Positions 62,101 to 64,000 of a DNA stretch of 64,000 nt are shown here, piece by piece. The notes under the pieces were generated by a model that did no database searches, was not told the origin of the DNA, and saw only the letters and a list, made by a program, of their open reading frames with translations. Each line of letters starts with the position of its first letter. Within the stretch, counting starts at the first letter, position 1. The translations under genes and the position numbers were made by a program. Origin of the DNA: Amphiscolops sp. MND2022 (lineage: Eukaryota); contig OZ076409.1 of the NCBI GenBank assembly GCA_964187785.1, forward strand, positions 57,414,001 to 57,478,000, read 5' to 3'.

Positions 62101-63708
62101 ATGATTTTATAATTTGCGACGACGAAATTTCTGGTTATCAGTTTTAACTGATTTAGGTGGGTTTGGACTCGTCTCTAATCAATTTTTGTTTTTAGAAGTT
62201 TTGCATGCAATGAAACGTTAAAGTACAGTTAAAATACGAGAAAGTACCACCAGCTTGAAGGTTCGCAAAAGCGAATGACTGTTGAATCAACAGTCATACG
62301 TTTTTGCGAACATTCAAGCTGGTACTTTCCTGTTATAAACAGATTTTGGGGTCTAAACGATCACTTCTTCACTAACGGGCGAGCTGTTATGGCATCATCT
62401 TTCGCAGTTCATGCAAAGCTGCTTCAGCAACGACGATCATAAATTTTAATTCATATCCTATAATGTCGACATCTCAGAGCTTGCGAAAGCACACTTACCA
62501 CCCCCGCGTAGTGAAAATATCATGTGGAGGTATTGGTTTCTAAATTAAATGCTTTTTATTTAAAGCCTCATTTAAAGGTTGTCGGCCTAATGCGCGCGTT
62601 TCAATTTTTTGCATCATAATGCTATTACTTCGGCACAATGGTGCATGAATCACAAAAACAATGACCATTCCTATTTCAGTTCAGAAGTTAACTTTTTCGA
62701 TCAAAGTTTTTTCTCGTAAATTCACCCGTCCATGCTCCATTGTAAGACATTTCCAACTTTAGTGCTAGGTGAAGGAAAACGGAATTGGTCAAGAAAAAAT
62801 TCCACCTTTAGAGAGCTGCATTATTTGTAAACAAGATGCATGTACTAAAAGTGATCAAACGTTCAAGTTGACAAGGATTCTGTCAATCATTCAAGGTGGA
62901 CTTCGCACTGCCTAACAACTTTGAATGGCTGAATGAAAATACGCGGCTGCAGCATTTCGTTCTCACTTCAGATCTGTGAATGTCGTTGATTAAATTTCAA
63001 GATAAGCAACCTTTTCAAAGCTGAGGTGCAAGGTTTTATGCTGTTTCGAAACAGTTGTTGACAAATAAGGAAAAAATTGAGAAATCAAACATTTCTTCGT
63101 TCCATTTTGATGCACCAAAGACTGAAAAAATTTCATGTTGGTCATTTAAGTAAGTGTGATATTTTGGTATTGAAAACATTGACGTTTTGATGTTTTCGCT
63201 TATATAGTGGTGTCATAAATTGAGACCAAACTCACCTGTAATTCTGGACAATAGCCGGTTGTCTGGAAGCGATGATGCAGATAATGTTGGGTTGTCCTTG
63301 AGGCGTAATGGGAGCAGTGAGAAGTTTAGCCAGCTGGGGGAACAGGGGAACAGTTTTGAGTAATTGTACGGGTGCCGGAGGCGTCACGCAATTCTGTGAG
63401 TCTTCGCTTGACACGGCGGGTTCTTCTGGGTTCTGATTGCACTGTATTGGGCTGCCGATGGACTGAGAATCTTCTGAGGAATAGTCTACAGATCGATCTG
63501 AGTCCGATTGTTCGGAAAAACTGGATTCCAACAAGGAACTCTCGTTCAAATACTTGTGCATTTTAGCCAATTGAGGGGAAACATTTAGGGAAATGGTCTC
63601 TATTTCCAGAGCTTCCAGGGAAAGTTTCCTTTTTTTCAGAGGCAGCATTTTCTGGTCGAAAACAGTACTGCACGTTCGTTTGAGATTCATAGTTTCCACA
63701 ATCACCAT
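59102..63708 (-). CDS. Kruppel-like factor (KLF/Sp family), 3 coding exons: 63708-63236, 61151-60877, 59283-59102 (309 aa)
   Basis: GT/AG sites are phase compatible (473+275+182=930 nt). Three C-terminal C2H2 fingers: [49 protein letters not shown]. Subfamily not assignable by eye. Confidence 0.92.
59425..59602. mobile_element. Tc1/mariner-pogo-like MITE in KLF intron 2
   Basis: TIRs CAGTCGAACTTC / GAAGTTCGACTG; TA on the right flank, CA on the left. Confidence 0.7.
60005..60375. repeat. Intronic direct repeat, copy 1 (KLF intron 2)
   Basis: Collinear with 61384-61716. Confidence 0.9.
61384..61716. repeat. Intronic direct repeat, copy 2 (KLF intron 1)
   Basis: Collinear with 60005-60375. 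Confidence 0.9.
62240..62329. repeat. Near-perfect 90-nt hairpin in KLF intron 1
   Basis: CCAGCTTGAAGGTTCGCAAAAGCGAATGACTGTTGA pairs with TCAACAGTCATACGTTTTTGCGAACATTCAAGCTGG. Confidence 0.85.
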
Positions 63709-64000
63709 TTTTACTGGTTAAATTTCTAACTTCACGTCAAGATTATTTTGCCGTTGATTTTAGGTCACCGATCAGGTCGATGGAAAGTTTATTAAATGAT
63801 TTCGCTTTGAATTATCTTTGTATGAAATATTCGGCTGCTTTTTCCTTGAACAAAGGCTGCTTTGCTTTGATACTTGACGTCAAAATTGGTATGATCGGTT
63901 ATGGTTGTATTGGTATATTACCATCGAATCAGCGGCATGAACAATGTTTTTACAAACGGCGTGAACGAATTCTCAACCGGCGTGGACTGCTATCAACCAT

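Overview
Repeat-rich, intron-containing animal DNA; the repeat style suggests an invertebrate, possibly an acoel, but this is a guess. Only two host genes are supported: a single-exon class-A GPCR (17159-19015, -) and a three-exon KLF-family zinc-finger gene (59102-63708, -). The rest is mostly mobile DNA. There are three related Ty3/gypsy-type LTR elements: A, the 3' part of a + strand element (1-6078); B, a deletion derivative with TSD ATAGA (7132-14577); and C, a decayed full-length copy with TSD CTACT (19795-34684). Also present are a degenerate BEL/Pao element with an internal 2.7-kb tandem duplication, an intact compact hAT transposon (TSD CAAACAGG), a LINE remnant split by an LTR fragment, Helentron-associated (HINE-like) repeats and several MITEs. 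The main finding is a conserved cargo module between integrase and the 3' LTR of elements A and C. It holds (i) an antisense, spliced gene for a BED-finger/hAT-transposase-like protein that seems to lack the first catalytic Asp and has an intron at the same codon in both elements, and (ii) a divergent small CxxC ORF that reads into the 3' LTR. The gag ORF also starts inside the LTR, and element A carries at least seven copies of a fixed-spacing 32-bp palindromic motif that looks like a protein-binding site. All alignments were made by eye; no searches were run.
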